Below, in pieces: positions 27,973 to 38,285 of a DNA stretch of 64,000 bases. Below the pieces are notes generated by a model. That model was not told the origin of the DNA and did not search any database. It saw nothing but the letters and a program-made list of their open reading frames with translations. Source of the stretch: an uncultured Chloroflexia bacterium (lineage in GTDB: Bacteria > Chloroflexota > Chloroflexia > QHBQ01 > JADMIH01). Each line of letters begins with the position of its first letter. The first letter of the stretch is position 1. The stretch covers positions 7,099 to 71,098 of the forward strand of contig CAWINE010000013.1 of assembly GCA_963837315.1 (NCBI GenBank), read 5' to 3'. Made by a program: the position numbers and the translations under genes.

Positions 27973-30582
27973 TTGGCGGAACCTGGCGTCTTGGCGGTTA
28001 CGGAAACACGCACTACGCACTACATAAAGCCTTCTCCCACCTTGAGACTAACTATCCAGAGGCGCACACTTACCATCACGGCGATCTCGCTGGCTTTCGC
28101 CGTCGTTTCGGTCATTCTGCTGGTGTTGCGCTGGCAGGTCGCACCCACCTCGTCGGTGAGCCTCAACCTGGGCGACCCCGGAACCTCGGCAAGCCATTTC
28201 TATGGCGTCGAGAGTACGGATGCCTTCGCATACCGCTGGAGCCGGACCACTTCAGCCGTATCGCTGCCTGCTCTCTCTACCAGCCAGGTCATCAGCATCA
28301 CCCTCGATCCGGCGCGCCCGCCCAACAGCCCGCCCGCCTTTTTCCGCCTGTCGGTGGGCGACCAGACTCTCGGCAGCTATCGCGCAATCCCTGGCCTCAA
28401 CACATATACCGCCACGGTGGGGCCAGGGCTCAGCCCCGACGTACGCCTGATCGTCGATAGCGACACCTTCTACCCAGGTGCGAGCGACAGGCGCAAGCTT
28501 GGCATGGCCGTGACTGAGATCGGCACAGAGCCTCGCGAAGGCAGGGCGGGACTGCAACTGCCGCCGTACCTCTGGCTGCTGGTGGCTGCCCTCACTCCGG
28601 CGCTTGTCTATTTGCTGGTGAGACCGCGCCGGGGCGATTACAGCCTGGTGCTTGGGCCCATTTTTACGGTCGTGCCAACCGTCTGGAGCCTCCTTGCGCC
28701 GCCCGCCTGGGCGTTGCCCTCGGCAGGGTGGGCGGTGGGCCTCACTATGCTCGCTCTCTTTTTGAGGAAGGCATATGAGCTGGCTCGCAACGACAATGGG
28801 CCGTTCGAGCGGCTCGCCGGGGTGCTGCGGTCGCGATGGGAGCTGCCCTCGGTGGCCGCGCTGGTGGGCGCGCTGGCAGTAGCGCAGACCTGGCCGCTTG
28901 TCACGCGCCTGGGCACGTCAATACCAGGCTGGCCTATGGATAACTTTGCCTTCCTGTATAAGCTCTGGTGGTTTCGCACAGCCCTGGTCGTGCAACACAC
29001 ATCTCCCCTCTTCGACCCCAACAGCTATGCCCCTTTCGGCTTCGACCTGGGCCAGGGCGAGCCTACCCTGGCGAATACTCTTCCGGGTGTGCTAATAGGC
29101 ACCCTCACCAACGACGTCGTCTCGTACAACCTGTTGATGCTGCTATCGTTCGTGGTGGCAGGTCTGGGCGCATACTTGCTGGTGAAAGAGCTTACCGGCA
29201 GCCAATCTGCTGCCCTGCTAGCGGCAGTGGCGTTCGCTTTCGCCCCTTACCACATGGCGCAGATGGTGGGCCACCTGCAACTGATGGGCACAGGCTGGAT
29301 CGCTTTCTCCTTCTATTTCCTGGAGCGGACCCTCAAAACGCGGTCATGGCGGGACGGCGCGCTGACCGGCTTGATGCTATCCCTGACGGCCCTATCGGCC
29401 TGGTATTACGCTTACATGGTCGGTATGGCGCTGCTGGCGTATGCGCTCGTGCGGCTCTGGATGCTGCGCGGGGAGATACCAGTAAGGAGCCTGGTTAAGC
29501 CCATAATAGCAGCGGGGCTGATCGTGCTGGCACTGGGCGGGGTGGCAGCCATACCATCGCTGCGCCTTTGGAGCGAGGGGCAACTGAGCCATAGCGCGAA
29601 AGCTGCCGACGAATCGTCAGCCGAGCCGCTCGACTACATCATTCCGAGCGAGCTGCAGCCCCTATGGGGCGAGCCTTCTATGCGCGCTCACTCAAGCGAG
29701 AACCTCATCGAAAGCAATCTTTACCTGGGTGTCGTCGTGGTCGGGATAGCAGTGGCAGGGTGGGTCATGGCGAGGCGCGCAAAGGCGCAACCCAACAGGG
29801 CGGGGCGGGCGTGGCTGGGCATATTTATTGTGGCAGCGATACTTTCGCTCGGCCTGACCCTGCACGGTCCCAACGGGCAGGTAAAGGGGCCGGTCCCGCT
29901 GCCGGGGCAGTTGTTGTATGACTGGTTGCCTTTCTATTCATCTATGCGGGCATACGCACGCTTCGGGGTGCTCGTCAGCCTTGCGTCGATCGTGCTCATG
30001 GGGATCGGATGGACCGCAGTACTTGGGGCCGGGAAAGACTGGATAAAACGAAACCGGAGGTGGCTGACGCTGGCGGCGATGTGCCTGTTGCTGGCCGATT
30101 TTTGGACCTCGCCACCCGTTTATTCGTGGGGCACAACACGGGTTGAAGTGTCCGAAACGGCCAAATTCCTCGCGGCGCAACCTCCGGGAATTGTGATGCA
30201 GATGCCTCTCATGTCCTCTCAGTCCGGCCCTCTACTCTACCAGCGGATAAACTATGGCAAACCGATCGCCTACGGCTACGACACCTTCGAGCCCGTCGCC
30301 TGGAGCGCCCAGCGCGGCAACCTCGCCTTGTTCCCCGACACAAAGGCGCTCGACGTTCTGCAATCCTGGAACGTCCGGTATGTAGTGGTGAGCTCCAACG
30401 CCTACGGAGCCGACTGGCCCGGCACATTCACCTACCTGCAAACCCTTCCACGCCTCAAGCACCTTCAAGACATCCAGGAGCACCGCACCTGGGACGTAGA
30501 TCCAGGGGTGCTGGACGCCCAACCCTTCCTCCTCCAGTACGTCGAACCCGATACTATGTCGATATTTGAATTGGTATATTAG
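27973..30582 (+). CDS. Large polytopic membrane protein, YfhO-like / GT-C fold (true start may be near 28042)
   Basis: About 13 TM segments; AFAFAPYH, YLG, R..ARF, YVVV motifs; N-terminal YRWS extracellular domain. Confidence 0.75.
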   Translation: MAEPGVLAVTETRTTHYIKPSPTLRLTIQRRTLTITAISLAFAVVSVILLVLRWQVAPTSSVSLNLGDPGTSASHFYGVESTDAFAYRWSRTTSAVSLPALSTSQVISITLDPARPPNSPPAFFRLSVGDQTLGSYRAIPGLNTYTATVGPGLSPDVRLIVDSDTFYPGASDRRKLGMAVTEIGTEPREGRAGLQLPPYLWLLVAALTPALVYLLVRPRRGDYSLVLGPIFTVVPTVWSLLAPPAWALPSAGWAVGLTMLALFLRKAYELARNDNGPFERLAGVLRSRWELPSVAALVGALAVAQTWPLVTRLGTSIPGWPMDNFAFLYKLWWFRTALVVQHTSPLFDPNSYAPFGFDLGQGEPTLANTLPGVLIGTLTNDVVSYNLLMLLSFVVAGLGAYLLVKELTGSQSAALLAAVAFAFAPYHMAQMVGHLQLMGTGWIAFSFYFLERTLKTRSWRDGALTGLMLSLTALSAWYYAYMVGMALLAYALVRLWMLRGEIPVRSLVKPIIAAGLIVLALGGVAAIPSLRLWSEGQLSHSAKAADESSAEPLDYIIPSELQPLWGEPSMRAHSSENLIESNLYLGVVVVGIAVAGWVMARRAKAQPNRAGRAWLGIFIVAAILSLGLTLHGPNGQVKGPVPLPGQLLYDWLPFYSSMRAYARFGVLVSLASIVLMGIGWTAVLGAGKDWIKRNRRWLTLAAMCLLLADFWTSPPVYSWGTTRVEVSETAKFLAAQPPGIVMQMPLMSSQSGPLLYQRINYGKPIAYGYDTFEPVAWSAQRGNLALFPDTKALDVLQSWNVRYVVVSSNAYGADWPGTFTYLQTLPRLKHLQDIQEHRTWDVDPGVLDAQPFLLQYVEPDTMSIFELVY

Positions 30583-30589
30583 GGCTTTT

Positions 30590-30712
30590 ATCACGAAGAA
30601 CACAAAGATTCATATGGTTTTTGCTTCTGAACAAGGCAGATGACATGTCACAAAATGAACAATAAGAACCTTCGTGATCTTTGTGTCCTTCGTGCTCCTC
30701 GTGATTCAAACG
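30590..30712. repeat. Inverted 9-mer composite repeat
   Basis: cacgaagaacacaaag ... cttcgtgatctttgtgtccttcgtgctcctcgtg. Confidence 0.75.
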
Positions 30713-30745
30713 CTAATTTAAACGCCAATTCAAACGCCAACCATC

Positions 30746-30774
30746 TTGCCAAAAGCGCAATGATTGCTTATAAT
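30746..30774 (+). promoter_or_regulatory. Sigma70 promoter of the glyQS leader
   Basis: TTGCCA-17-TATAAT. Confidence 0.75.
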
Positions 30775-30799
30775 GGCGAACACAATCGAATAGTACGCA

Positions 30800-31036
30800 G
30801 TCGGAAGCGGCGATGAAGGAGAACAGGTAGCCGCCTATGCAGACAGAGAGCGGAGGCCTCATGGGAGGGTGCGAGCCACCGCCTGCTAAACGGTGAAAAG
30901 GCGCTCCGGAGCAGAGCACCGGCCAACCCACAAGGGGGCACGGCACAGGAAAAGGCCGCGCCAAGTAGGGTGGAACCGCGGGAGCTATACGCCTCTCGTC
31001 CCTATGCTTAGATGCAGGGATGGGGGGATTTTTGTT
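30800..31036 (+). ncRNA. Glycine T-box riboswitch
   Basis: GA motif GCGATGAA; AGAGA; GGC specifier near 30900; T-box AAGTAGGGTGGAACCGCG; terminator plus T run; upstream of GlyRS. Confidence 0.92.
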
Positions 31037-31135
31037 GCCGGTTGTCAGTAGACGACCGACCGCCGGTCACTGGTGCTACTGACAACTGACAACTGGCAAC
31101 TGACAACTACGTCACAACAATAACTGGAGCAGACA

Positions 31136-32438
31136 ATGACAACCGTCTCAATGGACACAATCGTCTCGTTGGCGAAGCGAAGAGGCTTCGTCTTTCCTTC
31201 CAGCGAGATTTATGGCGGCTTCTCTTCGACGTGGGACTACGGACCGCTCGGTGTGGAGATGAAGCGTAACGTCAAAAACCTCTGGTGGCGCGACATGGTG
31301 CAGTTGCGCGATGACATCGTGGGCCTCGATTCGGCTATCCTGATGTCGCCGCTCATCTGGCAGGCTTCGGGCCATCTCACCGAGTTTGCCGACCCGATGG
31401 TGGACTGCAAGGTGTGCCAGCACCGCTTCCGTGCCGACGATGTCGAGGGGAGCAAATGCCCCGACTGCGGCGGCGAATTGACCGAAGTGCGGCGCTTCAA
31501 CCTGATGTTCAAGACCTTTGTGGGCCCGCTGGAGGACGATGCGGCGGTGGCCTACTTGCGCCCGGAAACAGCGCAAGGGTATCTTCGTCAACTTCTTCAA
31601 CGTGCAGCAGTCTATGAGACGCAAGCTCCCCTTTGGTATAGCTCAGCAAGGCAAGGCGTTCCGCAACGAGATCACGCCCGGTAACTTCATCTTCCGCACC
31701 CGCGAGTTCGAGCAGATGGAGATGGAGTTTTTCGTCAGGCCCGGCAGCGAGCTTGAATGGTATCGCCAATGGATCGATATCAGGTACAACTGGTTCCTCA
31801 AATACGGCGTCAAACCCGATGACCTGCGCCTGCGCGAGCATGAAAAAGAGGAGCTTGCCCACTACTCAAACGGCACGACCGACATCGAGTACAAGTTCCC
31901 CTGGGGCTGGGGCGAGCTTGAGGGTATCGCCAGCCGCACCGACTTCGACCTGGGCCGCCACTCGGCTGCCAGCAACAAAGACCTCACCTATTTCGACGAA
32001 GAAACGAGCGAGCATATCACGCCCTACGTGATCGAGCCTGCCGTGGGCGTGGACAGAAGCACGCTCGTGTTCCTGCTTAACGCCTACGACGAGGAACCGG
32101 ACAAGGACGAGACACGCGTGGTGCTCCGCTTCCACCCAGAGATCGCTCCAATAAAGGTGGCTGTGCTGCCTCTATCCAAAAAGCTGGCCGATGAAGCGAA
32201 GAAGGTCCACGCCCTGGTGCGACCCCACCTCATGAGCCAGTACGACGACACAGGCTCGATAGGCAAGCGCTACCGCCGCCAGGACGAGATCGGCACGCCT
32301 CTCTGCGTAACCGTGGACTTCGAGACCTTGAACGACCACGCCGTCACCATCCGAGACCGCGACAGCATGGGCCAGGTGCGCGTGCCGGTCGAAGAGCTTG
32401 TGCCCAGGCTAAGGGATATGTTGAAGCTGGGGATGTAG
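31136..32438 (+). CDS. glyQS: Glycine--tRNA ligase, alpha2 type (frameshift near 31580)
   Basis: [59 protein letters not shown]. Confidence 0.96.
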
Positions 32439-32488
32439 TATGCAAGAGAGGTCTCGCCGTCGCCGAGACCTCTCTTGCATACTACATC
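32432..32488. terminator. 25-bp-arm hairpin overlapping the glyQS stop
   Basis: gatgtagtatgcaagagaggtctcg-ccgtcgc-cgagacctctcttgcatactacatc. Confidence 0.8.
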
Positions 32489-32494
32489 GATTGA

Positions 32495-33643
32495 GTGAGG
32501 CAATCCGCAATCCGCAATCCGCAATCCGCAATCGGAATAGACGCCAGCCGCGCCGTGCTCACTCAGCGCACGGGCACCGAGCACTATTCGGCCAGCCTTC
32601 TAAGTGCCCTCGCCGAATTGCCGGAGGCCCAAAAGCGTCCGATCACGCTGTATGTCAACCTCCGCAATCCACAATCCGCAATCCGCAATCTACAATTCGA
32701 TCTACCGGCCGCCTGGCGTGTGCGCGCCATTCCTTTCCCGCGCCTCTGGACGCACGCGCGCCTATCGTGGGAGATGCTCACGAGGCCACCCCGCACGCTC
32801 TTCGTGCCCTCTCACGTCGTGCCGCTATGGCACCCGCGACGCACGGTTGTGACGGTGCACGACCTTGGCTACCTCGAATATCCACAGGCTCACACTCGCA
32901 TGTCGAGACTTTATCTTCACCTATCAACGTGGTTCAGCGCTCATGCTGCCAGCCGCGTGATAGCGATCTCGGAGGCGACGAAGCGCGACCTGATAAAGCA
33001 CTACAAGATAAAGCCGGGCAAGATCGAGGTCATTTACCATGGGCGCGACCCAATCTTCATTCCTGTGACGGACCGGAGCAAGATTGAGGGGATGCTCGGG
33101 AAATATGGCATCACACAGCCATACTGCATCCATGTCGGTACGCTGCAGCCGCGCAAGAACCTGGGCATCCTGGTGGAAGCCTGGGATATGTTGCGCGCCA
33201 GGAGAGATAGCCCGCCTATGCTCCTGCTGGCCGGCAAGCGGGGCTGGCTCTACGATAGCCTGCTGCAGTCGGTTCAGAGCCGAGGGCTGGGCGACTTCGT
33301 CAAGTTCGCTGACTACGTGGAACGCGATGATCTGCCCGCTCTCTATTCCGGTGCGCTCGCCCTGACCTTTCCATCGCTCTACGAGGGCTTCGGTCTGCCG
33401 CCCCTGGAAGCGATGTCGTGCGGCACGCCCGTGCTGGCATCTAACTCTTCGTCGGTGCCGGAGGTAGTTGGCGATGCAGGCATACTGCTCGACCCAAAGG
33501 ATGCGCACGCCTGGGCAGATGCTGTAGAGCGAATTATGCGAGACGGCGTGCTAAGAGACGAATTGTCGCGCAAAGGGCTTTCAAGGGCTGCGCAATTTAC
33601 CTGGGAGCGATGCGCCACAAGTACTCTGAACGCGCTCTTATAA
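32495..33643 (+). CDS. Glycosyltransferase family 4
   Basis: IGIDAS, VTVHDL, GTLQPRKN, PSLYEGFGLPPLEAM. Confidence 0.94.
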   Translation: MRQSAIRNPQSAIGIDASRAVLTQRTGTEHYSASLLSALAELPEAQKRPITLYVNLRNPQSAIRNLQFDLPAAWRVRAIPFPRLWTHARLSWEMLTRPPRTLFVPSHVVPLWHPRRTVVTVHDLGYLEYPQAHTRMSRLYLHLSTWFSAHAASRVIAISEATKRDLIKHYKIKPGKIEVIYHGRDPIFIPVTDRSKIEGMLGKYGITQPYCIHVGTLQPRKNLGILVEAWDMLRARRDSPPMLLLAGKRGWLYDSLLQSVQSRGLGDFVKFADYVERDDLPALYSGALALTFPSLYEGFGLPPLEAMSCGTPVLASNSSSVPEVVGDAGILLDPKDAHAWADAVERIMRDGVLRDELSRKGLSRAAQFTWERCATSTLNALL

Positions 33644-33666
33644 TAGACCGGCGATTTCCACCCGCC

Positions 33667-34090
33667 TTATACCCTGAAGAACCTCGTTGGCCTGATCTTT
33701 ATTGGCTCGCTGTATTCCTGGGCCATCGACTCGCCTGTCCACTTAGAGCTGTCAAGAAGGGACTGGTATTTCTCGATGTAGGCAGGTTGGGTTGTAAGAG
33801 CTTCTTCGCGGGGGAGAAGAGTGGCCTCACCTGACGCAAAGATCGGGTCCTCGCCGCCCTTGCTGTCATCGAGAGCGAGCATAACGGCTCTATTATGCTG
33901 TAAGTTGCGGATTTTCTGGTCGGGCTTGGAGTAGATATAGGACAAAATCGCCATCCCAGAGGAACCACACCGGCACAATATGGGGCGTGCCGTCGGGCTT
34001 TACCGTGCTGAGCCAGATCATAATATCTGAGCGTAGGCGCGCGTCTACATGGGCATCTCTTTTTTTCGTCATGTCGAGCATCTTATTCAC
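33667..34090 (-). CDS. PPOX-class F420-dependent oxidoreductase (frameshifted)
   Basis: WLSTVKPDGTPHIVPVWFLWDG plus YSKP...KIRN...EYS..I.I.P. Confidence 0.85.
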
Positions 34091-34109
34091 CTTTATGTTT
34101 ACGGGATTC

Positions 34110-35243
34110 TTATATAGTTGCGGACGCCGCCATACTGGGGATTATTAGGGGGTCGCTTCTCTCTACGAAAGAAGGGAGGTTAAGGTCGGGCTTACTCTTG
34201 ACCAGACCTGCGCAGGCCGCCAGCACGTCACTTTCTTCGAGGTACTGCATGCACGACCCCTGGATCAGGGTGCGGCACGTGTCGTCCTCGTATTTGAAGT
34301 GCTTCCAGCAGCCGCCACAACTGGACTCTTTCTGGAAAGGAGCAACCAGACCTGCGCCGCCTTTGGGGTTATATGGCCCCGTTACTTCCGGGTTGGTAGG
34401 CCCGAAGAGCCCCGCCCAAGGTATATCGAGGGCAGCAGCCATGTGAAGAAGACCTGTATCAACGCTTACGACCAGGTCGCACCGCGCCAGCAACCCGGCG
34501 ACATTATCAAGCTGAGTGAAGACCGGTATCGCGCTTGCGCTACGATCGCGCCCTGCCCTCGCGAAGGCTCTCTCTTGCGAGCTATCAGGCTTGTCACAGA
34601 ATAAAAGGGTCTTGAGACCCATCTCGCGCAAATGCTCGTCAAGCTGTAGCCAGCTCTGCATCGGCCAGCGCTTGATCAACATGTTGGACGATGGCACAAG
34701 GCCTACCACACGCTCGCCCTCAAGGTCGTGCTCGGTCCAGAATCGCGATGCCCATCTCAGGGCAGATGGCCTCAGCAAAAGTCGCGGTTGGCGCTGCTCG
34801 CTTGTGATAGTTATGTCAAGTTGGCGTTCTATCTCGTCAGCCAGAAAATCTAGAGAGTGCTGCGCACCGGGCACGGGAGGTAGCTGGGGCGTCCAGTACG
34901 TTTTAAACGCCATGCCTCGCTCCCAGGCGTAGAAAAAGTTGATGACGAGGTCGAACGGCCCAAGCTCGCGATCAAACATCGGCCCTGTCATCCAGGCGAG
35001 CAGTTTCTGGGGAAGAAGCGGCCGCAAAGCGATTGCAAGTCTACCCGGCTCGTAGTTGAACCCAGAAGGCTTCACCACTTCGATGGTGGGGTCATTAATA
35101 AGCTGGTTACCGTGCTCGGAAGCCGCAACGGTGAAAGCCGCCTCCGGGAAGATTCTCTTCAACGCCGCAAGCAAAGGCTGCACGTTGATGAAGTCCCCAA
35201 TGCCGTCGGCAAAAGGAATCACAAGTACGCTATCGGTTCTCAT
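34110..35243 (-). CDS. Glycosyltransferase family 9 (heptosyltransferase-like)
   Basis: GIGD, KRWP, DTGLLHMAAA, LFGPT; C-terminal CxxC..C..C. Confidence 0.9.
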   Translation of the reverse strand: MRTDSVLVIPFADGIGDFINVQPLLAALKRIFPEAAFTVAASEHGNQLINDPTIEVVKPSGFNYEPGRLAIALRPLLPQKLLAWMTGPMFDRELGPFDLVINFFYAWERGMAFKTYWTPQLPPVPGAQHSLDFLADEIERQLDITITSEQRQPRLLLRPSALRWASRFWTEHDLEGERVVGLVPSSNMLIKRWPMQSWLQLDEHLREMGLKTLLFCDKPDSSQERAFARAGRDRSASAIPVFTQLDNVAGLLARCDLVVSVDTGLLHMAAALDIPWAGLFGPTNPEVTGPYNPKGGAGLVAPFQKESSCGGCWKHFKYEDDTCRTLIQGSCMQYLEESDVLAACAGLVKSKPDLNLPSFVERSDPLIIPSMAASATI

Positions 35244-35339
35244 TCGCTGCCTGCTCCAATTACTATCATCATGCCCCCGCCAATTCTACCACAGGCCCGC
35301 CTGTGGCGCAATCGGTCCAATTGCGGATTTCGAATACTT

Positions 35340-35595
35340 TTCACCGCAAAGATTTCTACGGATTGAACCACAAAGACACGAAGATCACGAAGATCACGAA
35401 GATCACGAAGATCACGAAGGTTTTCATGGTTTTGAATCAGAGTTCGCGGTCTGGACGGCACCCCGCTCATGAGCACAGCGTGCTCAGAGATCAGAGATGA
35501 GCGAAGCGAACTACTTCGCTCATGGATTTTTATGGTCTTAAACTATAGAAATCTTGGCGGACCTTGGCGGACCTTGGCGTCTTGGCGGTTACGTA
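35340..35595. repeat. Composite 9-mer repeat element between the divergent GT9 genes
   Basis: (cacgaagat)x4-5 and (cttggcgga/cttggcgt)n. Confidence 0.85.
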
Positions 35596-35665
35596 CGTTA
35601 CGTGTTACGTTTTACGTTCTATGCTATCTTCCTTCGTCCTTCGTCGATCATTGTATAATGTCCTC

Positions 35666-36823
35666 ATGCCCTTTACAGAGGCCCAGGACGGTCCTGGATA
35701 CAGGCGCATACTTGCAATTAAGCTGGCCGACCTGGGAGATTTGCTCACGGTTACGCCTGCTTTGCAGGCGCTACATGCGGCCAACCCTTCCACCCAGATA
35801 GACCTGCTTGTCCCTCCAGCATCGGCACGCCTGTTGATGGGTGCTCCCTATATCAACGACATCATCAGCTTCGATAAATTCCCGTTTGATAATCTGCGCG
35901 GGATATTCGATCCTGGCAAGGTTATCAGCACGCTTCGCTTTTTGCTGAGGCTGAGGTTGTCAAAGTACGATGCGCTTGCCATCTTCCACCACTTCACGTT
36001 ACGGTGGGGCAGCGTCAAGTTCGCCGCGCTTGCGCTTGCCAGCGGTGCCGGTGCGAGAGCGGGGCTGGATAACGGTCGGGGCCGGTTCCTCACCCTCCGC
36101 GTGCCTGACCGCGGCTTCGGCACCATGCACGAGGCCGAATACTGGCTGCACGTGGCTGCCTTACTGGGGGCCGATACAAGAGGTGAGTGGCAAACGCACA
36201 TTCCACTGACAGAAGCCAATCGCTCCTTCGCAGCCAACCTGATTAATAATGTGGGCACGAACCATGCCACCACCCTCGTGGCGCTCCACCCTGGCGCAGG
36301 CGCATACAGCAAGGCGCGCATCTGGCCCGTGGAGCGCTTTGCCGATGTGGCGCAAAATATTATCGAGAGGTATCATGCGTCAATTATTATCGTGGGCGGC
36401 CCCGACGAGGTGGACGCAGCTGCGTCCCTCGAAAGGCTCGTAAATAGCCCGGCAGTACACAACCTGGCGGGCAAGACCACCGTGCACGAAACGGCGGCGC
36501 TGATAGAGCGCTGCAGCCTGTTTATAGGCAACGATAGCGGCCCGATGCATATTGCTGCGGCAGTCGGCACGCCTGTGGTGGCTGTATTCGGCCCGTCCAA
36601 CAAAGATGCGTGGGGGCCATACACACCTCCCGGCAAACATAACCCGCACCGCATCGTCACTCGCCATTTGCCCTGCCAGCCATGCTTCTATCGTGCCCAT
36701 TCCCTCGGCCTGCGCGAAGGTTGCGGCCCCCGCCCATGCCTCACCGGCCTCCACTCAGACCCCGTGCTGGCGGCATGTGAGGCTGCTCTTGGCCACCGGG
36801 AATCCGATACCAAGTCATTGTGA
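35666..36823 (+). CDS. Glycosyltransferase family 9 (heptosyltransferase-like)
   Basis: LGDLL..PAL, HPGA, GNDSGPMHIAAAVGTP, CQPC..C..C. Confidence 0.92.
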   Translation: MPFTEAQDGPGYRRILAIKLADLGDLLTVTPALQALHAANPSTQIDLLVPPASARLLMGAPYINDIISFDKFPFDNLRGIFDPGKVISTLRFLLRLRLSKYDALAIFHHFTLRWGSVKFAALALASGAGARAGLDNGRGRFLTLRVPDRGFGTMHEAEYWLHVAALLGADTRGEWQTHIPLTEANRSFAANLINNVGTNHATTLVALHPGAGAYSKARIWPVERFADVAQNIIERYHASIIIVGGPDEVDAAASLERLVNSPAVHNLAGKTTVHETAALIERCSLFIGNDSGPMHIAAAVGTPVVAVFGPSNKDAWGPYTPPGKHNPHRIVTRHLPCQPCFYRAHSLGLREGCGPRPCLTGLHSDPVLAACEAALGHRESDTKSL

Positions 36824-36950
36824 GTGATCATTACCCCTGCGGGCTACCACCGCCAACCAAAATAGGAAAGGATGCCTGTGGAGGACGAGAAGATCGTGTG
36901 CCTGGGCCATAACACGACAATGGGCGTTTGTGCTATACTACTCTCCACCT

Positions 36951-38210
36951 ATGCCCCGACGCCAACCCGCCACGCCCGGACAGCAACGGCTGCCGGGTCT
37001 TGATGAGGAGAAGTTAATGGTGCCCGAATGGGAGGTAGTGCAGCGCGTAATCGACCGCGATCTAGAGGAGCGCCCTCAGGCCTGGGCCAATTTCGCGGTG
37101 TGCCGGGAGGTCGAGGTTTACACGGATGGCTCGTGCCCTGTAAGGAACCCCGGCGGGCCGGCGGGCTTCGCGGCAGTAGTCGTGGGCTTCCAGGAAGATT
37201 TAGATACCGAGAATCCCGGGCGCCCCGAGCCGCACGCCCGGCTTGACCTGGGCGGGTATCTGGCTCGGCGCGCCAGCGAGCCTCCCACCAGCAACAACCG
37301 GGCGGAAGTCGCGGGCATCCTGGCGGCGTGCGAGGCGTTGCGCAGGCTCGGTTTGCGCGGCTACGGCTTTCGGCGCGTGACAGTGTGGAGCGACAGCCAG
37401 TATGCGGTCTACTGCGCCAACGGTGTGTGGCAGCGCAAGAAGAATACCGACCTCTGGCCTATCTTCGATCAGGTTGCGCGCGAAGTAGTAGATTGGGCCC
37501 CACAATTCGCGCTCAAATGGGTGAGAGGACACGCGGGAAACCGCTTCAACGAGGCAGCCGACGAGCTGGCAACGCGCGCCGCTTTTGATTTCGACCCGGG
37601 ACAATACATGGCATTTCGTGCCGCCCAGCGAGCAGCCGGCAAGGAAATGCCCGGCCAATATTCTGCTATTGCGCAAACACCCGCGTCCGCCATACCCATC
37701 CCCTCGTTACCCTCTCAGCCTGTCACAGCAACTAGCCCGCCCACTCCGGCGACGGCAGTTCCCCAGGTCAAGACAAATCCGGCAAGCTGGCTGAACGGGG
37801 CCGACTATACGCTCGTGCTTTATACCCACGTCAATAAAGGCGACCACCCTCTTCGCGGGCCGCACATCGGGGACTATCGCCTCTGGGCGAAGGACGGGCG
37901 AAGCCGCTCGCACACTATCCACCACGAAGGCGGGCACCCAAACGACGAAGCAGAATATCTCACCTTGATTGGAGCCCTCACCGACATTGCCGACCGCATC
38001 ACGAAATCGGGTCGCGACCCAGGCAACTATAACCTGTTGGTTTATAGCCGCCAGGATCTAATGGTCAAGCAGCTTCGGGGCGAATACAAGGTGAGAGCGC
38101 TGGCCCTCCAGTACGTCTACAACCAGGCAACAGCCCTGTTGCAGCGCTTCAAGAGCGTGACCCTATCGTATCGAGACGTAGCGGCGATACGGGAGATGAT
38201 GGAAGAATAA
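36951..38210 (+). CDS. rnhA: Ribonuclease HI with a second, degenerate RNase H-like domain
   Basis: YTDGS, SNNRAE, SDSQY, WVRGHAG..NE.AD; Pro-rich linker; NDEAEY...LMVKQL.G.YKV. Confidence 0.8.
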   Translation: MPRRQPATPGQQRLPGLDEEKLMVPEWEVVQRVIDRDLEERPQAWANFAVCREVEVYTDGSCPVRNPGGPAGFAAVVVGFQEDLDTENPGRPEPHARLDLGGYLARRASEPPTSNNRAEVAGILAACEALRRLGLRGYGFRRVTVWSDSQYAVYCANGVWQRKKNTDLWPIFDQVAREVVDWAPQFALKWVRGHAGNRFNEAADELATRAAFDFDPGQYMAFRAAQRAAGKEMPGQYSAIAQTPASAIPIPSLPSQPVTATSPPTPATAVPQVKTNPASWLNGADYTLVLYTHVNKGDHPLRGPHIGDYRLWAKDGRSRSHTIHHEGGHPNDEAEYLTLIGALTDIADRITKSGRDPGNYNLLVYSRQDLMVKQLRGEYKVRALALQYVYNQATALLQRFKSVTLSYRDVAAIREMMEE

Positions 38211-38285
38211 AGGACAAAAAGGTACTACTTAGCGACCCCACAATAATCTTATTCCACGGCTTATATACCCTGCTATAATCTTGGC

